A stretch of DNA of 64,000 bases. Origin: Octopus sinensis (taxonomy: Eukaryota). This document shows positions 39,452 through 52,432 of the stretch, in pieces. The notes under the pieces were generated by a model. The model saw only the letters and a program-made list of their open reading frames with translations, did not search any database and was not told the origin of the DNA. The stretch is taken from positions 118,234,001-118,298,000 of the forward strand of contig NC_043002.1 of the NCBI RefSeq assembly GCF_006345805.1, given 5' to 3'. Position numbers and translations under genes: made by a program. Positions within the stretch are counted from its first letter, which is position 1. Each line of letters opens with the position of its first letter.

Positions 39452-39625
39452 CTCACTTTCTCCTTCTCCAAAATGTTCGCGAATCAACTTTTCGAAATGT
39501 TCGATTGTAATGTATCCATCGTTTTTCTCATCACACACTTCAAACACAGTCTTAAGTCTGTTCAAAGATTCTGAACTACCGGCGCTAGAAATAGTTTGGT
39601 TGTCCATATCATGTATGCATAGCAT
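39452..39625 (-). CDS. RAB11FIP4: First coding exon of an EF-hand protein, probably Rab11 family-interacting protein 3/4 (nuclear fallout-like)
   Basis: Translation (MLCIHD)MDNQTISSAGSSESLNRLKTVFEVCDEKNDGYITIEHFEKLIREHFGEGESE has an EF-hand loop (DEKNDGYITIEH) and resembles the remembered N-terminus of class II Rab11-FIPs (RLREVFEVC..DGF..FGQGEE). Followed by a phase-0 donor GTGAGT at 39451-39446. Alternative ATG at 39607. Orthologue assignment is from memory; other EF-hand proteins (RASEF/CRACR2, ninein-like) are not excluded. Confidence 0.65.
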
Positions 39626-39900
39626 CGGGTGGAACGTCGGGTGGAACGTCGGGTGAAGAAGGTGCGATCGCTAAACAGTCGTTTAGTCAGACACTGCAGC
39701 TGCTGCCAGTGATGGCTGTTTCCGTTGCTCTCCGTACCTAATCGACACGTTCCGCCGTCCCGTTATTATGACGACACCTCATGACGACACACTGCCCACT
39801 GATGTTCACAACGAAACGGAAATAAGCGGAGAGTTCCGGAAGATACAGCCTTTGCTCCCGTAGCCTTTTAATTACGTCCCAATAAAAGATTTATTTATAC
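39626..39900 (-). promoter_or_regulatory. CpG-rich 5'UTR/promoter region of the EF-hand gene
   Basis: Sharp CpG enrichment against the AT-rich background directly upstream of the ATG; ETS-like CGGAA motifs (e.g. TTCCGGAAG near 39834); 12-bp repeat GTCGGGTGGAAC about 2.5 times at 39626-39655. Confidence 0.5.
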
Positions 39901-40569
39901 TTCTGAGATCTTTTTCGACGCCATCTGTCAGACATGAGGTCCCACTTCACCCGAATAATACAACGGAAGACAGCTACATAGCCACGCGTAACAAGAAAAC
40001 AACACGCAACTGGAACCCTCGTCATTATTGTTGATGCCACCAGATCTCACGCCCACAATAACAGTTTCTGTGTGTGAAAGGCTCGCCTTCCTCATCAGGA
40101 ACAGAAGACACTTCCACTCATCGTTGACCCTGTGTAAAGCTCATGTAACACTCACAATGACATACTACTCTCGCATGTAGATCGCATCACAAAAGGGACC
40201 TCCCGATCGTGGCCATAAAATCGCTAACCAATGCAGACATATTACTTCTTTTTTCTCTCTTCCAACATTTTTACTTCTCGCGGCTGACTGGTCTCTTATC
40301 ACCTACACTTATTTACTTTCGTCTCACTTTTCTCTCCCCTCTCATCGCCATATTGTGTTCACCCTTCATACATTCCTCAGAGTAACCCCAACTCCCCTGT
40401 TTCCAAAACATCATTCCTCAGGAATTCTCTCCTTGTCCTTATTTTACCTGCAGCCTTTAACATGATGTCGAAGAGCATCAACAGGAAATCTCACTTATCT
40501 CAGACGGTTTGAGAAGGCTACAGGCACAGCCCTTCCTTTGGACCAGACCATCAGTACACACACACACAA

Positions 40570-41722
40570 TAAATTGTCGTCTAAGTAAAAATGAAAATAA
40601 TACTGACATCTCATTTTAGCCTATATTTTTCCAAAATTACATAAAAATGTCTTGAAATCCTAAAGTGTAAATTTATTCAATAAAGTCGCCATTGTCTTCC
40701 GCCACGGTCTCCCGGTCTGAGGTGGTGAATGCTGCCATAATCCTACCTTCAGCTCATTTCTGGTGTTACAAGGAGTTTTGTTGATCTCTTGCTCAAATGC
40801 TCCCCACACATAATAATGAAGGGAGTTGCAGTCTGGAGAGTTAGGGGTGATGTGGTCGCAGAAATTGTCTGACAACTACGATTGGGTTTTCCTGCTTGTG
40901 TAGCATGGTGTAGAGTCCTGTTGCCAGACATAGGGTGTTCCAGCAACCACCCCCTTGACCTAGGATAACACAACCTCCTCCAGGCAATTGATGTAGGCCT
41001 CCATGTTGAGTCTGAGGCTGTGTGGGAAGATGAATGGAGGCATAATGTTGTCATCATTAGTGATCACTCCAAGCACCATGATGTTGACTAGATGTTTGAT
41101 TTTTTATCACTCTTGGTACATGTTTTGGGGACACAGTTGTTCTGTGTGTTCACCATCAGATCCTGGCAGAAAAACCAAAGCATGTTTGGTTGGAGGGGAT
41201 GCTTGAGTTTGTTCAAAAGCTTCATAGTACAGTCTTTCCTCTTGTCCTTAATGGCTTGTATGAGGAATACCGAATGTCTCCATGCACCACCTGCCTGATA
41301 AGAAACTGAGACACTCCCATGTCCTTAGTGATAGACCTGATTGGAGGGACCATTGTCAATCATGGCCTGGATCTCACCAACAAATTCAGGAGTTCTTTTC
41401 TTATCAGAATGATCAGAGTGAGTTTTCCAAGCTACCATATCTTCGTAATCACCATTAGACTCATCCAACTCCTTCCAAATCCTCCGCACTGTCCTCTGAT
41501 TGACACTCTGAAATGTTTGTATTGGTGCTTCCGGCACAAATGCCAAGCAGTACAGCATACCGCTTTCAAATTTCCGACTGAGTGAATTGTGTCATGGTGC
41601 TGTTTTACTCACCAGCGGTGCTCCACTGACCCTACAATACTGTGTAATCGACAAAATAGAAAACCATGTGCATGTTTGAAATTAAAAATATAAAATGGCG
41701 ACACTTTACACTTCACACCCTG
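40570..41722 (-). mobile_element. Tc1/mariner transposon remnant (DD37D/maT-like)
   Basis: VWQQDSTP and NSPDCNSLHYYVWGA motifs; right end CACACCCTG followed by TA; left end degraded. Confidence 0.7.
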
Positions 41723-41734
41723 TAAATATATATA

Positions 41735-43167
41735 GGTGCAGGAGTGACTGTGTGCGTAGGTGCAGGCGTTGCGGCATGGTAAGTAGCTTGCTTACCAACT
41801 ACATGGTTCTGGATTCAGTCCCACTGCGTGGCACCTTGAGAAAGTGTCTTCTACTATAGCTTTGGGGTGACCAAAGCCTTGTGAATGGAGTTGGCAGACG
41901 GAAACTGAAAGAAGCCCATCATATTTATGAGAGTGTGTGTTAAGTTGATTCACATAAAATGTCGTATTTGAAAGGTAACAATAAAATGTTTCAGAAGTTT
42001 TAGAGAACTGATTTATTTAATTAAAGTATGATCCATGTTCATTTATGACGTTTACCCAACGTTTCTCTATATCTGCTGTGATAAACTGTTTGAATGCCTC
42101 AATTACCTCTTCTCTATTTAAGAATGTTTTATTGCTTATGAAAAGCCCAAAATGCTTGAATAAGTGATGATCAGTAGGAGGGATATCAGGGAAATAGGGA
42201 GGATGTTGCAAAAGCTCATAATTCAGGCTTTGCAACTTTTGGTCCATAGCTTGAGGAATGTAAGGACGTGTATTGTCATGGAGCAAAATTGGGCCATCTC
42301 TATTCACTGGTCTGGGTTGCTTCTTTTTCAAATTCTCATGCATACAATCAATTTCCTGGCAATATGATGTTGCTGTTACCGTTTTTCCTTGTTGCAAAAA
42401 TGAAAAATGAATAATTCCTCTTGCAGACCACCATACAGTGACCACTAGCTTTTTAAGGTGCAATGATGGGTTTGGGCTGTATTTTGATGATTCTCCTGCA
42501 TCTAATCACTGTCCTGTTCTCCTGCTGTTGTCAAAGAGTATCCATTTCTCATCACAAGTAATTATTTGATGCAAAAATGGTCTTCTTCCAGTTGAGAAAG
42601 CAAAAAGGAGCACACTTTGAGGTGTCTGTTTTTTTGTTTATTTTAATCTCGTTCAATTGATGTGGAACAAACCTATCTGTTCTCTTGACTTTTCCAATTT
42701 TTTACAGGTAACCAAAAACAGTGATGCGAGATGTTTGAAGTTCTGATGAAATTTTTCGAACCTTTGTTCTCAGATTTTGTTCAACCAAAGCATTTAATCC
42801 ATCATGCCAAATAACTGATTTTGGCCTACCCCTTGGTTTATTTTCAAGGCTATCATCTCCTGAACAAGAGCTTTAGAACTATCTCTGAGCAGTTCTGATG
42901 TCAACAAAACCATTACCAAAGTCCCGCTTGGTATTCCGTAGAGCTTCTGTGGCAGAGTGACCCAGTTTGTATTCATACGAGAAAATCACTCAACATAGTT
43001 TGGTTGTTATCATTTTCATAAGGTCTGTGGGTACGAATTTTGTTGGGAAAGAAAAAGGGTCAAGATTAAATGCAAGGTATACATAATTGAGTTTTTAAAT
43101 GACTGAAATAACAAGTACTTAAAAATGCGACATTTCATGTGAAACAACCTAATATATATATATGTAT

Positions 43168-43201
<34 letters not shown>

Positions 43202-43400
43202 GTGTGTGTTTGTGTTTCTGTGTTTGTCCCTCCGCCATCACTTGACAACTGATGTTGGTGTGTTTACGTCCCCATAACTTAGCAGTTCAGCAAAGAGACC
43301 AATAAAATAAGTACTAGCCTTACAAAAGAATAAGTCCTGGGGTCAATTTGTTTGACTAAAGGCAGTGCTCTAGCATGGCCACAGTCAAATGGCTGAAACA
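41735..43400 (+). mobile_element. SINE split by the mariner insertion
   Basis: SINE head at 41735-41925 and SINE tail at about 43200-43400, on either side of the 41940-43152 mariner. Confidence 0.65.
41940..43152 (-). mobile_element. Mariner (DD34D-like) transposon remnant
   Basis: VTVWWSARGIIH, LLHDNTRP, HPPYFPDIPPTDHHLF; imperfect ~30-bp TIRs TTAAGTTGATTCACATAAAATGTCG / CGACATTTCATGTGAAACAACCTAA. Confidence 0.85.
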
Positions 43401-43547
43401 ATAGAATATATATATATATATATTATATAAGAGAGAGAGAGAGAGGTATACATGTATATATGTTAACAGAAGGCCCTAACTAACTTGAAAGCTAAAATAA
43501 TTCCTCACTGCTCTATGTTGTTTCCATTTATTAAAGGTATTGTAATC

Positions 43548-45099
43548 CTTATTGGCAACTGCTGGGAAGATTCTTGCACGCATCCTGAACAACCGTCTCA
43601 GAACGCTGTCAGAGAGGATCCTTCCTGAAACACAGACCGGCTTTAGGCCATCACGAAGCACAACCGACATGATCTTCACGCTGCGACAGCTACAAGAAAA
43701 ATGTCGTGAGCAACACCAACCGCTCTACTTGGCCTTTATCGACCTATCCAAAGCCTTTGATCGTGTCTCGCAAGAGCTCCTCTGGGATATTCTCGCCCAG
43801 TATGGATGCCCAGATAAGTTCATCCTGATCCTCAAACTCCTCCACAACAATATGCACGCCAGAGTCCAGACCGACGGAGGCAGTTCTGAGCCCTTTAAAG
43901 TCACCTCCAGAGTGAAGCAAGGCTGCATGATAGCGCCAACTCTCTTTACCATCTTTATCGCAACAGTGTTGCACATCATACGAGATGACCTTCCACCTGG
44001 CATCGAGATCTCATACAGAATGGACGGCAAGCTTTTCAACCTCGCTCGCCTCAAAAGTACGTCAAAGACAATGGTGCGAAGCTTGCTAGAGTTCCGATAT
44101 GCCGACGACAACAGTGTAGCAGCTCACAGAGAGGATCACCTCCAACAGATCCTAAATGCTTTTCGTCATGCATATACTAAACTTGGACTGAGCATCAACA
44201 TCAAGAAGACTCACTTACTCTACCAACCTCCCCCCAATGCCCGTGTTGACAATCCACCATCGATTCAACTCGAAGGAAATCCACTGGAAAATGCGAACCA
44301 CTTCTACTACCTTGGGAGCCATCTGTCAGCAAAGGTAGACCTCAGCGATGAAATCCAACACCGTCTGAAGTGTGCAGGAACAGCTTTCGGCAAGCTTCGA
44401 ACAAGAGTTTTTGCTGATCGGGACATCCGAACCGAAACCAAACTCATGGTGCACAGGGCAGTCATTATTCCAACCCTCCTTTATGCATCCGAAACCTGGA
44501 CCCTGTATAGTCACCACCTGAAAACGCTCGAGAAATTTCACCAACGCTGTCTTCGGAAGATCCTCAACATCAGCTGGGAAGACAGAAGAACTAACATCAG
44601 CGTGCTCCAAGAAGCAAAAATGACCAGCATCGAAGCCTATGTCATCAAAGGCCAACTAAGATGGAGCGGCCACGTGGTTAGAATGACTGACGAACGACTT
44701 CCCAAACAGATCTTCTACTCCCAACTCAAAGATGGCAAGCGTACAAAAGGAGGCCAGAAGAAACGCTACAAGGACTCCCTGAAATCGAACCTCAAAAAGT
44801 GTGACATTGACTCCACCAACTGGGAGGAAACGGCAAAAAACAGACCACTCTGGAAAACCACCATCCATGAGGGAACGGCGAATTTCGAGTCGAAAAGGTC
44901 TGCAGAGCTGGAGGAGAAAAGACGACGACGGAAGGAGCGCCAACAACAACCACGTGCGACTCTCCCTTCCGGCACTAGATGTCCGCACTGCGACCGATCT
45001 TTTCAAGCAAGAATTGGTCTTATCAGTCACCTGCGGACTCACCAATAAATTTGCGTGAAGACCATCATCCTCGACCTTGAGGGATTGCCATAGTAGTAG
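43548..45099 (+). mobile_element. RTE/BovB-like LINE, 5'-truncated, open RT frame with C-terminal C2H2 finger
   Basis: Uninterrupted 498-aa frame (GFRPSRSTTDMIF, FIDLSKAFD, YADD, CPHCDRSFQARIGLISHLRTH); (TAG)n tail; candidate 7-bp TSD TGTAATC at 43541-43547 and 45100-45106. Confidence 0.88.
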
Positions 45100-47329
45100 T
45101 GTAATCAAGAGGATAAACAGAAGAAAGGGTAATGATAGTAGAATCATGGTGAAGGAAGAGAGATAAGGTAATAGGGAAAGGACTAATGATGGTGATGCTG
45201 ATGGCAGCTGTATATTGTTTACTGGTAAGGGTATTGTATAGAAACATTATAGTGACATCATGACAGAAAAGAGGGAGATAGGTGATGGTAGATGTGAGAA
45301 AGAGAATGATGGCTAATAGTATAGAACAGGGGTAGAGAGTAGTGAGTATGGTCAGTACTGATGGCATCCATCATTTTATGGTCAATGATAAGTAAAGGGT
45401 AATGGGTAAACACCCCCTTCGGTCATGAATGACCATGGGATTGCACCTAGAGAATTCCCCTCCAAGGCACAAGTCTGGGCAGGGTTGTTTATGGAAGACT
45501 AGCAGTCACCCATGCATATCAGCCTATCTTCTCCATGCCACTGATGTCATCCAAGAGAAAGGCAAAGGGGCCGATACAGATGGACACCAATGATGACACA
45601 ACTCATTTCTACATCTGAGTGAACTGGATCAATGTGAAATGAAGTGTCTTGCTCAAGAACACAACACTCAGTCTGATCTGGGTATTGAACTCACTCTCAT
45701 GATTGTGAACCTGACGTTCTAACGACTGAGCCATGTGCCTTCACAGTTATATATCTAGTTATACATCTAAAATGTATTTGTTTGCCTAATTTCCTAAGTA
45801 ATTTCCCAGTTTCAGTTTATTACCAAAACAAAAATATTTGTATTTTCCAGTATTGGTTGGCAAATACATGTTTATGATATTGCCATGAATGTGTTTTCCA
45901 GTATTTTGTATGAGTAGGTGTATTTAAGGATGTGAATTCATGTGTGTTTGTGTTGTGCTGGTTTAAATCAATGTGGATTAGTCAAAACAATGAAGTGTGG
46001 CCCAGATATGTGGTTGTACAATGTCTCTCAAGTCTCCTGGGTTTTTTAAGTATAACATTTGTGATTTTGCATTTTGAATTTTTACATTTCCATATTGTTT
46101 TTGAACTCTCTTTCATCTTTTATCCTTTCATTCTTTTACTTGTTTCAATCATTGGACTGTGACCATGCTGGGGCATTGCTTTGAAAGGTTTTTACCTGAA
46201 CCAATCAACGTGAGGACTTACTTTTCAAGTCGGTTGATTATTCTATTTATATTTTTACTGAACTGCTAAGCTATGAGGGACAAACACACACACATGCAGT
46301 AATACCAGTAATACCAGTAATACCAGTAATGCACACACAAACATATACATGTGATGGGCTTCCATGCAGCTTCTGTCTACAAAATTTACAAGTTTGCACG
46401 CAGTGTGACTGAACCTGAAAACATGTAGTTGGAAATGAGCTTCTTAACCGCACAGCCATGCCTAAAAGGTGGAGGTGGGGGTGAAAAATCATGGTTTAGG
46501 AGGAAGATGCATGTTTTGTTTTATGTCCCTGTGTTCTCCGTGTAGTTTTTAGTGCTTGATTTTCAAGAAATGTCTGATACAATATATTACTTGATATTGT
46601 TATTGTGACATAGGGTGTGGTGTCACTATTGTTGTTGTTCTTAATAGTGATGTATGGTTAGCAGTTGTTAATGCTTCTTAATTACTCTATTTATAGTTTA
46701 TCTGAGCTGTTAGTTTTGTCGTCCGTGTTGGATACAAATGTTTGCCAGTTTTCTGTTTTGTTTTATCTTATTTTTATATATATTGCCTGGTTTAGTTATT
46801 TAGTACTGAGTTTCAGTTGCATGTAGTTTTAGTATCTTGTTTGAGACAAGCACTGGATTTCATGAGGTTCTATGATGTTTGTTGCTTTGTAGGATATGGT
46901 TGAATGTATGGATTGCAATGTTGATACAAGTGCCTCTGTGCATGTGTGTGTGTGTGTGTATCTTCTAATTCTTTCTTTTAACTCGTTTTTCACAGTGGAT
47001 TGCAGCCATACTGGGGTATTGTCTTGAAGGGTATAGTCAAACATATCAACCCCAGCAGCACCTATTCTGTTGGCCTCTTTTACCAAACCATTAAGTTACA
47101 GGGATGTAAACAAACCAAAACCAGTACAAGACACGAAACTCTTGCCCAAGAGTAGGACTGATTGTGAAACAACATGGTTGTGAAGTGTTGCAGAGTGAAC
47201 TTCTTGAACAAACAGCCTATGCCTACACCATTGTGTGTGTGTGTGTTTGTATGTATGTGAGTGTACTGGGTTGGCCAAAAAGTCAGTTTGGTTTTTATTT
47301 ATTATATATATATATATTGGCATCTGTGC

Positions 47330-47751
47330 TAGTTGGGCGCTAAGAGTACCATACAAGTGAGATCATGGCCAGATCAACAAGCTGGCCTCCGTGCCGATGG
47401 CATGTGAAAAACACCATTTGAGCGTGATCGTTACCTGCGTCACCTTACTAGCACTTGTGCTGGTGGCACATGAAAAAACATTCGAGCAAGGTCATTGCCA
47501 GTGCCGCTGGACTCTTTCCTGTGTGGTCATTGGCAGTACCGCCTGACTGGCCCACGTGCCGGTGGCACATAAAAGCACCCACTACACTCTCGGAGTGGTT
47601 GGCATTAGGAAAGGCATCCAGCTGTAGAAACTCTGCCAGATCAGATTGGAGTCTGGTGCAACCATCTGGTTTGCCAGACCTCCGTGAAATCATCCAACCC
47701 ATGCTAGCATGGAAAGCGGATGTTAAACGATGATGATGATGATGATGATGA

Positions 47752-47755
<4 letters not shown>
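47330..47755 (-). mobile_element. Solo RTE 3'UTR fragment with (GAT)n
   Basis: Matches the 3'UTR of the main RTE family; similar fragments at 49310-49500, 50745-51190 and 54265-54430. Confidence 0.65.
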
Positions 47756-47789
<34 letters not shown>

Positions 47790-48002
47790 AAAGCCTTGTA
47801 GATTAAGAAATCTCTTGCTTGAAAAACAGGTACGGGTTAGTCTGAGAAAGGGCATCCAGCAGTAAAGCATTTTCATCTAATCCATGATGGTGCAGAAAAA
47901 TGGATTTAAAATGCAAATGATACATATATGTGTATATATATATATATGGAGATGTACTTGCATAGCAAGTGACCTGACCTGAGATCCTGTGCTGGAACGA
48001 AA

Positions 48003-48218
48003 ACAATTGCAGCATGGAAGGTGTTTATAAGCCATTTAAGAAACACACAAAAACCATCAGATTCACTTCAACGTTTAAATTTAATTTGCCAAAATATTTT
48101 CCTCACGGTCTCAAAGCAACGAAAATATTTTGGCAAATTAAATTTTAATGTTGAAGTGAATCTAATGGTTTTTGTGTGTTTTTTAAATGGCTTATAAACA
48201 CCTTCCATGCTACAATTG

Positions 48219-48219
<1 letters not shown>
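48003..48219. mobile_element. Palindromic MITE-like element
   Basis: ACAATTGCAGCATGGAAGG...CCTTCCATGCTACAATTGT, ~98-bp arms around a ~20-nt loop. Confidence 0.75.
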
Positions 48220-48270
<51 letters not shown>

Positions 48271-49565
48271 ATATATGTAGTTCAAATTTACAGAAGACGA
48301 AAGACAATGGAGACAAGTGTCATGAACAACAAGTAGGTGTATTAGTTTAATGCTTGGGAAGAATGAAAAAAGTCTTCTATGTTTCGAGCCTATGCTCTTC
48401 GACAGAAAAGATTAAGAGGAAAAAAAGGAAGAGAGAATGAATAGAAAAATGGAGAGAAAAAAAATATGTAGGGGTTAATGGTTCAACATGATGAAAAAAA
48501 AGAATTATATATGTATGTAGGTATGTATGTACATATGTATAATACTCTCCAAGCTTTTCGTTATTCATTTGTTTCTACCAGAACAAAAGTGGCAGCTACT
48601 TGATACCAGTAATGTATGACCTAAGGCTTAAATATCAATAAACATAAATTACCCAGACTTTTGTTGAAACGAAATCTGTTTAAGTGACTTCCTCTTTCTG
48701 TGCTATTTTCAATTCTTTTTATAGAATTTGCCTTCTTTAATTTTGTTTATATTTCAAAATGAAATGTCTTTAAAATATATTTATAACTAGATTTTAATTT
48801 AATCTTTATAGACATTTATATTTATGTATTAGAAAAAAATTACCTTGTGTGCTTGTTACTGTTGTAATTATCATATTACTCCTTAACATTTTTAGAGTAT
48901 TGATATTATAGACAATAAGGAGTATTATAGACGATAAGCCAAGTAGTTGACAGCTCATGTCATATGATTACAAACATATTGTGTCCTTGACTAACATATT
49001 TACGTCTCATCTCACTGAATTTACCTAGCTATAAGTAGACACCATTGAATAATGTTATCTCAATGCTATAATAAGTGGTCATACTGTAAAACTAATGCCT
49101 TATTTTGGTAGTTAAGTGCTGTGTCCAAATCATCAGACAGCAAAGGAAACTATGTTTCTTGCCTTTGATTAATATCTTCAAATTGGAGTTTTAGTCAAAG
49201 AAACCTCAGTGGCATATTAGATTAAACACCATTATTCTACAAATTGTTTAATATATAATGTATATGAAAATGTGTGTGTGCATGCATGTACGTGTTGTTG
49301 TAGTGATTATCATCATCATTTAGTGCCTGTTTTCCATGCCGACACAGGTAAGATAGTTTGATAGGATCCAGTGAGTTGCAGGACTGTGTTGAACTCCAGT
49401 AACAACTTTGGCATGGTTTCTACAGCTGGGTACCCTAACCCTAACACCAGCTACTTCACAGTGCGTACTGGGTGCTTTTACTGTGACACTAGCACTAGTA
49501 AGGTTGTTATGTAACTTGCAAGACAAGAAAAGAAAAGGCTCCCTTGATTGAGTGGCAGTGTATTT

Positions 49566-49606
<41 letters not shown>

Positions 49607-50134
49607 AGGTGGCTTTATGCCAGGTGTGGACTGGCTAAAGTATAATAGAGAGACAAGCACAGGTGTCTTCCTATAGAGGAGATAGATGACTACCTTGCAT
49701 TAGATGAGGGTGGGAAAAAGTATCTGGAAAGAAGATACGGATCGTGGTGATGAGGTCTCAGACAAAAGCTACAACTGTATGTCTTTCTAAGCTGTACATA
49801 CATTTAATATGATACACTGTGGTCTATTTTAATCTAATACTATTTCATTTGCATTTGCTGAATTCTTTACAGCCCAGCAAGCATTCCACAATATATTTCT
49901 CATATATCAAGACCCAAATTTTGTTCAAGCATCTAACAAATTGGTACCTGTTATTGATGAGCCCCAAGAAGGGGAAAACTGTCTATTGTTCCCAAGAACC
50001 ACTGCTGCAATGATGTTAATTTTGCTTTATTGTACGTTATGTTTTTAACTCAGTTTGCCTACGAAGAGATTTTATCTTTTGACAAAAACTACAACAACAA
50101 ACCATTCTTATGTGTGTGTGTGTGCGTGTGTGTG

Positions 50135-50185
<51 letters not shown>

Positions 50186-50262
50186 ATTTAATATGAAACA
50201 CTGATAGCTAATATGTTTATATGTATGTGTGCATGTGTGTGTATTAACTGTTTTTCTGTATA

Positions 50263-50476
50263 CAGTGTGGCCCAAAAGTAGGTTTACAGTTATCACGTAG
50301 GCACTTTGAATTTCTTTTAAAACATATTATTACATTTAAATTTCTATCTTACAATTAACTAAATTAGCATAGAATAAGGGTTTCATATTTTTTTTTATAA
50401 TTAAGATCTAAACTGTTAATATATGAATATGAAAGTGAAGGTTGAATAACTGTAAACCTACTCCTGGGCCACCCTG
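50263..50476. mobile_element. Tc1/mariner-type MITE
   Basis: TIRs CAGTGTGGCCCAAAAGTAGGTTTACAGTTAT / ATAACTGTAAACCTACTCCTGGGCCACCCTG with TA on both sides. Confidence 0.75.
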
Positions 50477-51187
50477 TATATTGGTGTGTGTGTGTGTGTG
50501 TGCACGCGCGTACATAGTGGTAGAGTAGTGTGGTCTGAAAAGATCTTAGCAGTGGTAGTTAGTAAGCATCAAGCATGTACATAATTTGTATAGATGAAGT
50601 AAAGCAGATGATACCCAATCAGCATATGTTATACTATTTGTTTTATGTCGAATTAGATGGAGATTTCAATATGATAACTGTCACTATACAATTCATGTTC
50701 TAGCAATGAAGGTTGCTAATTATGAACCCTTTAATTTCATCATCTTCATCATCGTTTAACATCCACTTTCCATGCTAGCTTGGGTTGGATGGTTTTAACT
50801 GTGGGCTGGCGAACCAGATGGCTGCCCAGGCTCCAGTCTTGATCTGGCAGAGTTTCTACAGCTGGATGCCCTTCTTAGCACCAACCACTCCGAGAGTGTA
50901 GTGGATGCTTTTACGAGCCACCGGCACGGGGGCCAGTCAGGTGGTACTGGCAACAACCTTGCTCAAATTTTTTTTTTACACATGCCAAACAGCACAGGTG
51001 CCAGTAAGGCGATGCTGGTAACGATCCTGCTTGAATGGTGCCTCCTACATGCCACCGGCACGGAAGCCAGTTAGCTGCTCTGGCAACGATCACGCTCAGA
51101 TGGTGCTCTTAGCACCCTACTAGCACGGGGCACAAGTGCCAGTAAGGCGAAGCTAGTAATGATTACACACGAATGGTGTCTTTTATG

Positions 51188-51189
<2 letters not shown>

Positions 51190-51235
<46 letters not shown>

Positions 51236-51266
51236 TAATTATAATATATTATATATATTATATATT

Positions 51267-51299
<33 letters not shown>

Positions 51300-51315
51300 T
51301 ATATAATATATATAT

Positions 51316-51359
<44 letters not shown>

Positions 51360-51383
51360 TATATATATATATATATATATATC

Positions 51384-51417
<34 letters not shown>

Positions 51418-51443
51418 ATATATATAATATATATATATATATA

Positions 51444-51502
<59 letters not shown>

Positions 51503-51528
51503 TATGATATATATATATATATATATTA

Positions 51529-51575
<47 letters not shown>

Positions 51576-51615
51576 ATGGAACCAGAATCATATAGATATA
51601 CATTAATATATGTAT

Positions 51616-51654
<39 letters not shown>

Positions 51655-51730
51655 TACATATACATATATATATATCATATTATATGTTATATTATAATAT
51701 ATATTATATAATATATATTATATATATACT
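51190..51730. repeat. Long degenerate (TA)n array
   Basis: Directly visible; a second array lies at about 52435-52820. Confidence 0.95.
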
Positions 51731-51745
51731 TTATTTAACAAAAAG

Positions 51746-51783
51746 CTGTCCGACGAACGGGAACGTGAAACTCCGAGTAACAG
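51746..51783 (+). ncRNA. Minimal type I hammerhead variant (CCGACGA core)
   Basis: CUGU-CCGACGA-ACG-GGAA-CGU-GAAA-CUCCGAG-UA^ACAG; stem I can extend (AACAAAAAG/GUUUUGUU). Lies in a ~160-bp island (51730-51890) inside (TA)n. Confidence 0.65.
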
Positions 51784-51946
51784 GTTTTGTTGAATTTCTG
51801 CTGCTTTTAAATAAAGCATATTACTCTACCCCTGGTCTTTGAATACTCTTTTTTCCACCTTGTTTCACATTTATGTGTTTACTCTGGTATATATATATAT
51901 CATATATATAATATATTTATCATATATATATACACACATATATATA

Positions 51947-51989
<43 letters not shown>

Positions 51990-52005
51990 ATATATATATA
52001 TATAT

Positions 52006-52330
52006 ATACTAAGCAATAAGGGTTTAGCAACGAGTTGCCTTACCACATACCGAATTTAGAAATAGCAGTCAAAGGGTTATAGCTATTTCTTCTACTAAAA
52101 AGGGAGATCTCAGTAAAAACAGCATTTGGAAGGCAGACACAAACAGGTAAGAGAGAATGAATTGACTGCAGTCATTCATTCTCTCTTACCTGTTTGTGTC
52201 GCCTTCCAAATGCTGTTTTTTACTGAGATCTCCCTTTTTAGTAGAAGAAATAGCTATAACCCTTTGACTGCTATTTCTAAATTCGGTATGTGGTAAGGCA
52301 ACTCGTTGCTAAACCCTTATTGCTTAGTAT
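52006..52330. repeat. Near-perfect loopless palindrome (~163-bp arms)
   Basis: ATACTAAGCAATAAGGG...TGACTG|CAGTCA...CCCTTATTGCTTAGTAT, centre 52168/52169; only single-base indels seen between arms. Confidence 0.9.
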
Positions 52331-52432
52331 TACTTAAATTTCCTCGAATGAGGCTTTTACATGCCGAAGACTACTTGGTGTAATTGATAATTTTTCCAAA
52401 TTAATTAATTTCACCCTCATTATTACGGATAA

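Noticed and set aside
48371-48410. Minus-strand CUGUCGAA-GAGC-AUAG-GCUC-GAAAC motif
   Set aside because: Core is 8 nt with U at the invariant A6, and there is no clear NUH or stem I; could be a variant but cannot be supported without a family alignment.
51504-51842. 112-aa Tyr/Ile-rich ORF, and similar ORFs at 20640, 48068, 50108 and 59745
   Set aside because: Translation of (TA)n/(CA)n microsatellites.
52338-52385. CGAAUGA-GGC..GCC-GAAG motif beside the palindrome
   Set aside because: Both core boxes deviate and stems I and III are unconvincing.
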